This document shows, in pieces, positions 40,675-53,630 of a stretch of 64,000 nt of DNA. The notes beneath the pieces were generated by a model. That model saw only the letters and a program-made list of their open reading frames with translations. It searched no databases and had not been told where the DNA came from. The DNA comes from Ruditapes philippinarum (lineage: Eukaryota), in contig NW_026856785.1 in assembly GCF_026571515.1 (NCBI RefSeq), positions 1 to 64,000 on the forward strand. Reading direction: 5' to 3'. Position 1 is the first letter of the stretch; each line of letters starts with the position of its first letter. The translations under genes were made by a program, and so were the position numbers.

Positions 40675-42785
40675 ATAAAGACCACCCACCCAAGAATTCT
40701 ACAGACAAAGTTTGGTGATCATCCATCGATAAGTTCTGTAGAAGGAGATGTTAAAAGGTTTTTCTATTTTTAGCTTTAGCAGCCCCTAAAAGGGGCAAAT
40801 GAAATAAATATGAGCAAACTTGATAAAAGGCTACCTAAGAATGCTACAGACAAAGTTTGATGATCATCCATCAATTAGTTCTGTAGAAGAAGATGTCTAA
40901 ATGTTTTTCTATTTTTAGCCCTAGAGACCCCTTAAAGGGGCCAATCAAAATAATATGAGCAAACTTGATAAAAGACTACCTAAGAATGCTACAGACAAAG
41001 TTTGGTGATCATCTACCGAATAGTGCTGTAGAAGAAGACATTTAAAGGTATTTCTCTTTTTAGCTTTAGAGATCCCTTAATTGGGCCAATCAAATTAATA
41101 TGAGCAAACTTGATAAAAGACTACCCAAGAATGCTACAGACAAAGTTTGGTGATCATCCATCAATTAGTTCTATAGAAACAAACATTTAAAGGTTCTTCT
41201 TTTTAAACCTATAGCGGCCCTTAAAAGGGGCCAATCAAATTAATATGTGCACGTTTTATTAAAAAAGGATATGACCCTACTATTTTAAGACATACTGCAT
41301 GTTTAGTGTTCAACCCTTTTACAGTTGGACACTACGCTTTCCTCTTTTGATTGCATCTGACGGACCAAGTGGGAGACTCTATGATGGATAGTTCGTAAAG
41401 CCCTTTGGGGACTGAATTGTCTTAATGTTCGTCTTCTGCCTTGCTTCGTCGGGCCCTTGTAGGTGATTTTCTTGTAGCTCTGTCTTCCTTTAGGACATTG
41501 AGTACTTTTGTTATGGTCATTGGGTTTACTTTTATATGTTCCTACATGATCATTTTAGTGTTTTACTTATTTAACCTTGTGTAACGATGACAACTGTTAG
41601 AATTTCACTTGGCGGGGATTCATTTTATTTACACTGTCTCGTTTATAGGAACATTGTGGGGCTAAGAGCGAGGTTTGGTGCACCATTAACCGGTTTAAAC
41701 TCCCCAGCAGTCATTATTGTGCTGCTGACCGTTCCAAGGCGGCGCCCCACTGTGTTCCTCAGATGTATGTCTATGTTGTTTCATACTGTTTTGGTGACAC
41801 TTTTGCTTGTGTCCTTTGTTGTTTTATCGTCTACGGTAAGTATCTTCCCCATTGCCTCTAGTTTTTATTTCTTTGATTAACCCCCCCCCTTCCCCCGGTC
41901 TCCTGTCCCCTTCCCCTTTGTGGGCCTATTTTTATTTTCTTTGTATTCCTAATCAGTTACAAATTATTTATCATTTAATGATTAACCTGTCCGTGCTTTG
42001 TCTTTGCCCTGTCCTGTTTCTGTTTGGGGTCCGCCTGGGCTCCTTGCCATTGGTTCTTGTTGCTGGGTCATATGGGGGTTGCGTTCATTGAACGCCGCCT
42101 TTCCTTGTTGATCTTGTTTATCATATTTGATAAAAGACTACCCAAGAATGCGACAGACAAAGTTTAGTGATCATCCATCTATTAGTTCTGTAGGAGAAAA
42201 TGTCTAAAGGTTTTTTTATTTTTAGCCCTAAAGACCCATAAAAGGGGCCAATCAAATTAATATGAGCACACTTGATAAAAGACTACCAAAGATTGCTACA
42301 GACAAAGTTTGGTTATCATCCATCAATAAGTTCTATAGAAACAGACGTTTAAAGGTATTTCTATTTTTAGCTATAGCGGCCCCAAAAAGGGGCCAATGAA
42401 ATTCATATGACCAAACTTGATAACACACTACCCAAGAATGCTACAGATAAGATTTGGTGATCATCCATCCATTAGTTCTGTAGAAGAAGATGTTTAAAGG
42501 TTTTTCTATTTTTAACCCTAGAGACCCCTAAAAGGGGCCAATCGAATTAATATGAGCAAACTTGATAAAAGACTACGTAAGAATGCTACAGACAAAATTT
42601 GGTGATCATCCATCCATTAGTTCTGTAGAAGAAGATGTTTAAAGGTTTTTCTATTTTTAGCGCTGCTGACCCTAAAAGGGGCCAATTGGAATGACATGAG
42701 CAAATATAAGTGTGACTGTCACAAGGATGCTACAGACCAAATTTGAAGTAAATCTGCCCAGTAGTTTCAGAGAAGAAGACGATTG
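40675..42785. repeat. 145-bp tandem core repeat (~8.5 units), split by an insertion at 41252-42126
   Basis: AGAATGCTACAGACAAAG-like starts at 40693, 40838, 40983, 41128, then 42145, 42290, 42435, 42580, 42724. Confidence 0.92.
41252..42126 (+). mobile_element. 5'-truncated retroelement fragment, probably Penelope-like (Naiad-type RT C-terminus plus 3' region)
   Basis: Interrupts one 145-bp unit. Begins with RFIKKGYDPTILRHTACLVFNPFTVGHYAFLF*...DSMM, which resembles the GYNxxxLRQTACLVxNPxTV C-terminus I recall from invertebrate PLE proteins (from memory, not searched). Confidence 0.65.
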
Positions 42786-44555
42786 TTGACGCATGACGAC
42801 GGACGACGGACGCCGGAGCATCCCCCTTTGATACTAATAGCTCACCTGAGCCTTCGGCTCTGGTGAGCTAAAAAGAAAATCTACAGTTGTACTATATTTT
42901 AAAATCGAAATATCTCTTTAGAGCGATCACGTATTGAAACTTTTACTGGTCTTAGTAAGAATTTCATGGAGGTATACTGACGTGTTTGATTTGGAGTATT
43001 GCTGCAGAACATTGTACCTACTTTAAATCCCCTTCTCCAGTTAGACGAACATTTAACGTACTGGTAAATGAAATTACCGTATATCAAACGCATTTACCGT
43101 AAATTGATGGTACATGTACTAGCCTCGCGAGATAATGTTATAATGTTGGACGGCAATAAGCAGTTAGAGTTTAAACCGATTTGTCCGTTTGAAGCTTGTT
43201 CATGCCTTGCACAGACTGTATTTGGATTTTGTTGTCTTGTTTTTGGAAATTCTTAAATGTTCGAAATTTGCAGGTTATTCAGCAAGAATGGAACATTTTT
43301 TTCATCAAACATATTATTGTATATAATTACTCATCAGATACATGAGGTGAAATTTTCGCAGCTTAACAAAGAAGACCTATGGTCGCGCTGGGTATTGGCA
43401 AAACCGCGCAAATGTGACTTTCAATATCTCAAATGACTAAGTTTATGCAAAATCATTCGTTATGAAGTGTTTTGTTTGAATTAAATTATGCAGCTAATTA
43501 ACAGATTTTACGCGAATTTATGCATTATGTAATATATGTATAACAGTGTTATTCATAATTGTGTACAAAAGTAAGCTAGAAGTTTTGCCTCGTACATAAT
43601 ATATGTATACTTGCAACAGACATGGACATGCTGAACAATATCAATATAGTGGTGATCTATGATTGTAGATGATATAATTTTGAAACAGTTTTTGTTCTTT
43701 AAATGGGTTATCGTCTTTTATTTAACAAATATGAATTTAATTAATGTATCACCTCATATAGAGGAATTTGATGGCAAACAAATCTTGCAATGAACAATAC
43801 CCACGGACGATTATGAATTTAAGGCAAAATAAATAGAGTAGATATCAATATAGATGGAAACTCCAGTAAAAACTTCTAACTGTATTTTTTTATTCAAAAG
43901 TACAACTTTTCGACTTCAAAGCCTTCAACACACACGATCTTCTCTTCTATATAAGTCAATGAATAGATAGCGACAGACACTGCTCAAATTGAATCATACA
44001 TTTCCTGTGCATTTACCTTAGAAAAGGAGTGCGTTGTTGTAAAATAATATAATGTACGGAAATTTTAAAATAGATCTACCTCAATTTAGTGCGATAATGA
44101 GGTGTAAGACGACTTATTTTTGTTCGATTTGATTAGATGTTTTTAACACAAATCAATTAATTTGATTCACCGGGACAAGACCATCTTTAGTCATTCTGAG
44201 TGAATGTTCTCAAGGTTTTTGTCTAGGAGAATTTTTGTCAAAAGACAAATGTTCTACAAAAGACGATACATTACCTTAGGCCTAGACAAGAACTACAAAC
44301 AAATTGAGAAAAGGTTCGGTGAAATAAACGTTTTTAATCTTTGTGAATAAAATAGATTGATTTTAATCGAATTAAAATCAGTCGACTTACAAATCATGAT
44401 CTCACTAATTGGAGGCCCTTTAACTTTTCCTTAATAATATACAATTCAAGTTGAATATAATGACGAACGCCGGTAAGCCTGAGTGATTTAAAACGACTTC
44501 GTGAAAAGTGTAATGGTATAAAGCAAGCATGCTAGTTAATTTTGTACAACACAAA

Positions 44556-44808
44556 TGTTGACTTCAAACCACTTGCCTTTCACCGCTGTGGGTTCGAGTC
44601 CCGTCAGGGACTTTGAATTCTTTCAAGTGAGGAAGCCTTACAGCTGGCTTACGGGACGTCGGTGGTTCTATAGGTACCCGTTCGTGCTTAAAAAAATGCA
44701 CAGAAGGGTACGTGAGGTCTTACTCACCAGTAAAGCTGGAACGTCACCATATGACCTTAACTGTGTCTGTGTGACGTAAAACCCAGTAAAACAAATAAAA
44801 CAAAACAT
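44556..44808 (+). mobile_element. tRNA-derived SINE, 5'-truncated
   Basis: Pol III B-box GGTTCGAGTCC at 44591, GC-rich body and A-rich (AAAC/AAAT) tail. No A-box or acceptor stem. Confidence 0.8.
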
Positions 44809-46531
44809 ATATTGAAAGTTCCGTATGAGATAACGTGTATATTTAAAGAAATATCGAAAGATTAACATGTTGTACCTGTTCACAATCAACCTTTTAATAT
44901 TAAGTAAATATCATTTTTTTTGTTCTTGTTCTGTCACAAATATGGTTCCCAGTCTAGTCTCTTAAAGTTTTCTGAAAGACTGTTGTTGGCCAATCTATGA
45001 ATTCATCTCTGCTTTAATGATATACTATGACTGTGATTCGTTATTTCCTGCTTGTTTATAAGAAATAACTGTTTCCCTAACTATAAGTATCATAATAATC
45101 AACAGTCAATGTTTGTTTGTGTTTTAGTTTTCACTTTTGCCAAATTACTTGTAGATAATAAAAAGGTTAAAGAAAAAAAACAGTGTCGATGTGTTTACAG
45201 TTTAACCAGAATTTTATCTTTCCACCGACGATGTACCGCTGCTACAACATAAGTACAAACCATAATTATTGTTATTTAGATCATGGCAATTATATCACTT
45301 ATGCGCTGAAAAGATGCAATAATTGTAAGAATACAACTCGAGCAGAAGGTATATAATTGTATAGATCATGTACTTTAATATGGAAATTACAATCTAACAG
45401 ACACATGCGAAGGCTTTTTTATGTTAAGTATTGTATTTTGCCTGTTTAACATTGAAAAAAGAGTATAATATGCATATACTTGTATATGTATAATTGTATA
45501 TTTGACTTCAGGCGGACCTGTATTTTTCCATGTTGTAACATAATAAATAAATATATGATCTTGAAAACTATAAAATATCACCTTTCATCAGTACTTAATT
45601 TTTATATGTTTAGTGCTTATATATGTTAAATGTCACCAGTAAAAACCATACAAGAGAAATGTCCTCCTTTAGTATGATTGTTTTAAATTTGTTTTCATTG
45701 GTTAGAATCCGGGGTTACTGTGAGGTCGGTACAATATTTTCATGTTTATTCGGATTGTACTTACCAGATAATCGTCTTTAAATCACAAGTGAGTTGCATG
45801 TTTTCGTTGAATATCTGTTATATAATACATTTGATCAGACTATATGCAGGTTGTTATGAATTTATGTATACAGCTCACAACATAGCAGAACGTCTAAACG
45901 AATAAAGAGTCCTCATTAATTTATTTTTGAAACGAAGTTCGATTGTTACAGTGTTTCGAAATATGTCAGTTTCATTAACAAAACTTCATTTAAACTTGCA
46001 TAAACATAATAAGGAAAATTAAGTTTTCCTGTTAAACATATAACTAGCGAATTTCAAAACTTATTTTAAACTCTCATTGTTTATTATCGAGCTTCCTCCT
46101 TGATACGTACTTATGTGATGGATATAGAAACAACTTAAACCATTCACAGATAAGAGAAAAAAACGACACATGAGAAAAAAACCCGGTTAAAGTAAGGGAT
46201 AAAAGGAATGTTTCATTGATATCTGTTCATGGCAATTTTTGTAAGTATAATGATTAAATTAAATCATCTTTATTCATCATTTTATGTAAAATATAAAAAA
46301 AAACACATAAAAATGACATTAATAAGTACATACTGTGAGGACGTAAAGTACCTAAATTCTTTACGGATTTTTATTTTCTCTTATCACAAGTTTAGATACA
46401 TATTATTTGTTTTTCGTACATAGTCGTTTGTATTTTCTTCATCAATGATCTACATTTTTATGAATTAAACATAAAATGCTTTGATTTTCTAGTATTGAGA
46501 TATAAAGGACAAATTAAGAGACTTCAAGGAA

Positions 46532-48438
46532 ATGAAGATCGCTTTTAAATTAGCACTGTCATTAGCCGTAATGGGCCTAGTACCAGAAATCGACGCAGGT
46601 AATGATAATAATAATAATTATTGCAAAATTTGTGGGTTATTGGGTAAATGCGCGTCAGAAATAAAAACGGGTCTAGATTAAGTGTATGGAGAAAATATTT
46701 TCTCCATATCTTACAATTGCCAGGTAGGCGTCAATGTTTAAGGAAGGTAGGACGTCAGCACTGTCAAAGCCAAAGTTGATGAAGATGCAATATTTAACTT
46801 AGGGGAGAGTAATGACATTTTCGGGCTACAGCGCGTCATGTGTGTTTTCCATCTTGAAAGAAAAAATCAAAATAAGATAGAAATTATTTTGATTTCTACC
46901 TTATTTTGATTTCTTCTCTTAATTTACTTGTTGTAATAAGAAAAGTTAAAGTTAAGGAAAATATGCGCCCGTTGAATCCCTCATTTGCTAACCTCTGACC
47001 AGAAAATTGAACGGATTGTAAAAGCCTCGATCTTATTGTCTTGGTTCAAAGATCGAGACCTTAGACGTCTGAGAGAAATTGATTGTAACAGGGCCTGGCA
47101 ATAAACGTTAACCCAGTAACAAAATGTGGGTACATGAAAAAAGCGATCGCGCAATTGTTGCTCGATGTAGCAGGAGCGTTAAAGAGTTATGTACGCTTAC
47201 CTTTTTGACAGTGATGGAATAGTGATATTTTAATGATCAAAAATACCTTGCAACGATATGCTTGTTTTGTATTATAATTAGTTGCTTGCAAATGAAGTAT
47301 TACCTGTGATTCTGATTTCAAAACAATATGTCAATGAGAATTGAATTTCGGAGACCGTTAACTTTTTATGCGTGTTATAGCATTCAAAATCTAAAATACA
47401 TTGTTGAAAACTCCAGGTTGTTGTCAAAACGGCTGGATACAATATGAAGATCATTGCTACTATATCGGTTATGAGACCCGTCTAACATTTGCTGGAGCAT
47501 GGGTATTTACGTACACTTTTAATGAAATTATATACATGAATATACAAATGTCTACGATTTGTCTTCATGAATTTATCATTTTTATATTGTAGTTTTGTCT
47601 TAAAAAAACTTTGGTTAATAATACATTACAATAGATGTTTATTAGTCGGTTGATATAAAATCGCATACTGTAACAAAATCGTCTCTATGAAAAGTGCAAG
47701 CTTGGCCGACGAATATGTCACATTGGACAAATGCCATACTCAAATATATCACATTTATAGTGTTTTTTATAAATTTGTTCACACAATATGCCTTTGATTT
47801 TGTTTTCATACAGCCGTGTTGATGTATTAAATCAATAAAATGATATTATCTCTTAAAAACATGAGCATTTTTACATTTTTGATTAGTTATTCTGCTCCAG
47901 TTATGGTGCTTACCTTGTGCGACTTTACACATTTGCTGAATACGAGTTCTTGAGAGGCTTTTTAAAGAAGACTCAAGGTAACTTTCTCTCAACATCAAAG
48001 TTCTTTTGAACTTATAAGAATTTGTAAATCAGTTAGTAATGTTATCCTACGATGTGAATACCAGTAAGATGCAAACTATTATTTGTAAGAAATGCATGAT
48101 TGCATTGTTTTAAAGTCAAGCATATGCTTCTTATTTCAGTTTGTGTTAAAATTTTCAGACACATTCCCTTAGTGTTTCGTTACCGATTTGACTAAAATGA
48201 AACAATTTTACTTCTAGCAATTACTCCATGGATTGGATTGACTGACAAGGCCTATGAAGGACTATGGAGATGGTATGGCACAGGGACCCACGCTACATTC
48301 TCTGACTGGGGTCCTGGAGAACCCAATAATAATGGCAATGAAGATTGTGTACAATTATATTCAGGCTATGACTACAGGTGGAACGATACGCCATGTCATG
48401 GACAACTTACACCACTGTGTGAAAAAGACTCAATATAA
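46532..48438 (+). CDS. C-type lectin copy 6 (more divergent, EPN/WND). Coding exons 46532-46598, 47417-47502, 47887-47977, 48218-48438
   Basis: MKIAFKLALSLAVMGLVPEIDA-GCCQNGWIQYEDHCYYIGYETRLTFAGAW-LFCSSYGAYLVRLYTFAEYEFLRGFLKKTQ-AITPWIGLTD...GEPNNNGNEDC...WNDTPC...LCEKDSI*. The 86/91-nt exons, intron phases and GT-AG sites are conserved. Confidence 0.9.
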
Positions 48439-50775
48439 AAAACTCAAGAAGATATTGCTATGCTTACTTATCATTATCACATTTTATAAACCGTGATGTT
48501 AGCCTTTTTTGGAAATATTTTTTAAATGTGTGTACCAATTGATTTAGGTCAAGAACCAATAACTTGTAAAATTTCAGGTCATTCAATTTTACCGTTTTTG
48601 TTCCAGAATTATCATTATTATTTTACAAAATGACCTTAAATTTCAATGCGTTCCAAAGCTTTTCAGTCAAAACCGACTAGCAATCGCACAATAATCGATT
48701 TTTAATTATTAAATTCTGATTTTTTTTTATATATATATATATTATGCATTTTTTTTCCAATTGTAAGTGTAAAATTAAAAAATCATAGGCTTTGGACTTC
48801 AGTGGAGATCCTTTCTTGCATGTTTTTGTAAAAAAAAACATCTGAAGATGCACAAAAAGGCATTTAAAGCAAGCCTAGCCAAGCAGGGCGAGGGATTAAA
48901 AAGTTCTCAGGGGCTAATCTTTATCTTTAAACTTAGAAAACCAAATGGTTATTTTTTCCGTACATATTTTTGTAACAAATAATATTTAATGAACCTTTGA
49001 AATAGTTAACATTATGTTTTAGTAACAAACCATACTATTCTCTCGCCTGGTGGCATTTGTTATTTTTATCCGAAAAGTATGGTTAAAATGATACTACAAT
49101 AAAATGAAGATACCTGCCTAAACAGGAAGAAACTAAATGTAATGAGAAACGTTTTATTTTAAAATACCCACTTCTTTTTTTATAAAAACCGGGCATCAAC
49201 CTGAATTGTATTCTTTAATACGATAATAAAAGATTGATAAGATTCATATGCGACCGGCTGGCTATAATCAAAAGTTCGAAATTATTTGCTTTTTATAAGA
49301 ACTATAGGACTTGTGCCAGGGTCATTTGCTTAGTGTGTGAAAAATATCCATTCTGTTCGTGCGATACAACGACTTTCTTGAAATAGCACAATTACATTGT
49401 AGCAACATTTGATCTTCCTCTATCAGTTAAAGTGTGGAAGCAAGACGCCATTTAAAGTTTGCAATGTTGTAGTGACATGAACTTTCAACTAGTATATACT
49501 TATCCATATATATTGCGACTAAAATGATACATGCTTGTAAATTTGCTAAATAAAATATGTTTAAACTAGCTATATACTATTTCTAAACATTAGTGACAAC
49601 ATACCTAATCGCTTAAATACATGTAACCTTTATCATTGTTGATTAAAAAAAATATCTAGGAAATATCGCATGCATATGCTATTGTGATGCTTGGTATCGC
49701 ACGAGTTGACTGTGTAAGGTTGTATTTCGGTCAATATCAATTTTTCAAATATACACGTATATGATATAATATTCTTCAGCTTAAAAGTCCAAACATGTAC
49801 TTTATTAAATTTTTATACATGTATTTACACAAATATATGTCCTTCTGTTACATCACGGAACTTGTAGAGATTACAAAATACTGAAACAGTTACAACTGAG
49901 CATTAAATTTTATATTCCTTTAATTGCTTTTGATAGCATGACCAAGGGACTGGCCCTTCCTGTCAATATGAAATAACGAAACATCGACCTGCTGTTAAAT
50001 AGCGTTGCCCAGAAATTTAGGTAATTTATGGAACACGAGTCAAATCTATTTCTGTAAGTAAAATAAAACAACAAAAATATGAAGACTGCAGGAATTGATT
50101 GATGTTGTATTGGGAGAATGTGAATGGTATTTCTGCGTCTGAACTAATTGCTACGTAATACTAAACTTACAAAATCGTCGGTTACAATCTTTTGTTTATG
50201 TTCAACCTTATACTTTCTTAAACATGTGCATTTGCTGACGATATATTTGTCTTGATCAGCCGAGATAACATTAACAAGTTAGAAAATCATAATCTTCCGG
50301 GTAAACAAGTAAACAGACGTGATGTTTTTTTCTTAGTTGTCACTCCTCCGAAAACCATTTGTCGAGTACGCGAGGACATTTAAGAGGGTATTTTTTCGAA
50401 AGGTCACACCAGTCAGCGTGCTATTCGCGAGTCTTTGTAAGATATAATTAGTTAAGATTAATATCCAAATACCAGTCTTACATCTTTTGCATTTCATGAA
50501 ACATATTTTATTTTGAATATTTCAGATACGGATTTTAAAAGTTTGTTGAAAACAAATTCAAGTAAGATGAAATGTTTTTTCAATATCTTTTATTTTGTCA
50601 TAAATACTTTTAAAAGGATGTTTTTCATTTTTAACACGTTGAGAAGTAAAATATGATTATCATTTTTGGAAAAAAAACCTTTCACGAGCTAAATATAATG
50701 ACATATTGTCAATCAAAGTTTAACACAGGAATTGTTTTATAATGATCTTTAGATACGGCGTAAAACTTTGACGAA

Positions 50776-52427
50776 ATGAAGACTGCAATAGTTTTGCTGC
50801 TTGTCGTTGCCTGCCTGGCGGAAGGAATTAATGGAAAAGGTAAAATAATTTTTTTTATCACTAACGGCATTACTAGTTCATAACAAATCAGCGGAATGAA
50901 AATTCTAAGACGTAGATAAATAAGTTATGATTCCTTCTACAATTGGACAATTTGTCTTCCTAAAATGATACTATTTTTTATGAATTGCATCTTGTTTGTA
51001 TAGTATAATTTTGTAGATATTTGGTATAATTATGTTGAATAGATACTGGTTTTTATGCATGTATATCATTGTCTGTGTAAAGGATGCTGATTTAAATTTT
51101 TAAAAGGTTTTTGTTAAATTTTTAGGGTCGGTCTACAATGCAGGGTGGGGAAAAAATTTTTTTTTTTGTTTAAAACAAACCCCTTTTGGGAAAATATAAG
51201 CGAACCCAAAAGTATATTAAAGCCAAAAACAAATTTATATAAACATTTAAATTTTTTAATTTCGAATTAAATTATGTTTTAAAAAGCCAGGTAGATTAAA
51301 AAATTTTGGAAGTAACTTTTTGCACATTTTTCCCTCTTTTTTTAAAAATAAATTTTTAGCTTTTTCCCGTTGCCCCAGGTTGGATAGCCTATAAAGACCA
51401 TTGTTACCACATTGGTTACGGAAGTCGTTTAACGTTTTCTGCTGCACGGGTATGTAGAAAGTGTGTATGTATAACAAAGAAATGTTCCTATATGGCAAAT
51501 TAATATTTAGCTGTATTTTTATACACAAATATTTACAATCTTATGAATACTAGAAATATTTTATTTTTATTTGGTTTCTGAAATTAGTTACTTCTCTATT
51601 TATTGCATTTTTTGTTATGATATTTCTTTTTTAAAATCTTCTTCACGGTTATTTTGCGTCATGTGTAATTTTGCAGATTGCAGTTCTACATTATAGATGT
51701 TTACTTTGAAAGCTATGTACGTGAAATAGCCTACAATTTAAATGATTGTATAAAGAATTATAGAAACATACCTGAGTTTACAAAGAATATTACAACTTCC
51801 GATTGAAAATGTTTATTTGTATTTTCAGCGGTATTGTCAACGTCTGGGTGCTTACCTTGTTCGGCCTGACACGTTAGATGAAAATACTTTCTTGAACGGA
51901 TTTCTTAAGAAATCTAATGGTGAAAATTATTTTCTTTTCATTTCAAACAATTGTTTAAAGCAAGATTGGATTTATCCAAACAGAACTTGGGAAATATCAA
52001 AGCATATTGAAACGATTGCATTTGAACAACACTTAGGTTACACGGCTTAAGTTTAAGTAAAAACTTTTAGCAATTTTATATTGCTTAACCATACTTCAAT
52101 TTTGTAAAATCAGTATTGTCATACATCATTTTAATTTTCACAAAGTAGGGCATTTGTACATATGGCGTATGTTATAATCAGAAGAATTTTTTGTGAACAT
52201 TTCTAGCTGGAAGTACGTGGATTGGACTGACTGACAAGTCTCAAGACGGAATCTGGAGATGGTATGACACAAAGAGTCTTGCAACATGCTCTTACTGGGC
52301 TCTAGGGGAACCTAACAATTTTGGCAATCGCAATGAAGAGTGCGTTCATTTTGACTACGGTAAAGACTATAAGTGGAATGATAATACTTGTCGTCACATG
52401 TTTACACCTTTGTGCGAAAAAGACTAA
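50776..52427 (+). CDS. C-type lectin copy 7 (EPN/WND). Coding exons 50776-50839, (51360 or 51379)-51449, 51829-51919, 52207-52427
   Basis: MKTAIVLLLVVACLAEGINGK; ...GWIAYKDHCYHIGYGSRLTFSAAR; RYCQRLGAYLVRPD...; AGSTWIGLTDKSQDGIWRW...GEPNNFGNRNEEC...WNDNTC...LCEKD* (this last exon is absent from the ORF track). The AG ending at 51359 is out of frame, while the AG ending at 51378 restores frame. AATAAA at 52523. Confidence 0.78.
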
Positions 52428-53460
52428 ATGTTAGGTCCTTAAAGATACAAAATTGACACAAATTCAATTGCTAGTTTTTTTTTCTGTATTTTCTTCAGTT
52501 ACTTTATTTTTCTATTTGAATTAATAAATATAAAAAATATTTCATTTACTTTCGTTTATTTAATATACACAACAATATTTTTAGATACAAATTATAACAT
52601 TGTTTTCAAATATCATAGTAAGTTATACATTAACAAAACAATTATTTGAAATAAGCTGTCAATAAAATTACGGACATTGCAATTTATTGTTAGTTTTTAT
52701 TTGTATACTGCTGACAATTTATTCTTCCTTCATACTACCTCCCCAAAAACTGGCACGTCAATTTTACGGAAAATCACTTGACGAACGAAATTTTGAAGAT
52801 CGCATATGTTGATAACATCATTGACCCTCTAGAGAATTAGAATAACAACCAGATGCAAACGCTGTATGCATATTTATATGAGCCCAAATGACTGATGACC
52901 TTGTTGGCCACCTTACCAACAATAATAGTTTATGTTCCCACAAACTTCACCCATGAATTTAAGTGTCTATAGGGCTATAAAATCAAACCTAAAGCATTCA
53001 TTCGAAGAATGATACTCTAAGCAAATTATGAAACGATCTGAAGAAAGAGGCTCGAACAATATTAAACCAATTCCACAGCCTATCGCAAGTTTGAATGAAT
53101 ATGTATCAAAATGGTTCGTACATATGTACCAAACCATTTATTTCAATTCTGCTTTATGGTTGTTTTGAAAAAAGACACAGAACAGCCTATCCAAACGTTT
53201 CTTTGTTTACATTAAATCAGTTTTTAAATATCTAATTTTGCCCTTTAACATTTTACTTAAAAGGTTTTGTGTATTTTTACTATATTTTCAGCTGCAGTTT
53301 GTAACTAAAACATATCTATACAAATTGATCAAGGAAGAAATTTTATTGTTACATTCAAAAAATGTTTATATAGAGTTGATTATGTTTCAGTGTCACGTTT
53401 GAAAATAATGTACAATAAATATACAAAAAACCCAAAAACATTTCTATGTTCAAGGGAAAG

Positions 53461-53630
53461 AACAAAATTATATGAAATTGAAGACTCGGTTTGATTGAGT
53501 CTGTTCATGAGAGAAACTGCAAATGTGTAACATCCCTTACTCCTCCAAGCAAATGGCTGCAGCAGTATTCAATCTTCAAGAGTAAATGTGCTGGAATCAA
53601 TGATCCCGACGGACCAGAAAGAAGTAAATT
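53461..53630 (-). repeat. Dispersed repeat fragment homologous to 23113-23277 and to the lectin spacer
   Basis: Minus strand TCATGAACAGACTCAATCAAACCGAGTCTTCAATT vs TCATGTACAGACTAAATCAAACCGAGTCTGCAATT at 23226, and TTCTGGTCCGTCGGGATCATT vs TTCTGGTCCTTCGGGATCATT at 23117. Confidence 0.8.

Larger units (their letters stand above)
39525..42871 (-). mobile_element. Helentron-associated (HINE/pearl-like) element with a tandem core array
   Basis: Left end ACAAGAGGGCCATGCTGGCCCT (hairpin) plus GCTCACC. Right end has a GACGGAC microsatellite (~42795-42813) and hairpin AGCTCACCTGAGCC-TTC-GGCTCTGGTGAGCT. Empty site in the copy-1 flank at ~6523. Confidence 0.85.

Noticed and set aside
41348-41350. In-frame TGA in the Penelope-like ORF as selenocysteine (reported for clam Naiad elements)
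   Set aside because: It is better explained by compensating +1/-1 indels in an F-D-C-T segment. The SECIS-like ATGA..AA..GA at ~41587-41618 has too short and GU-rich a helix to support recoding.
44556-44610. tRNA gene
   Set aside because: Only the anticodon-to-T-arm/B-box part is present and it runs into a SINE body and tail.
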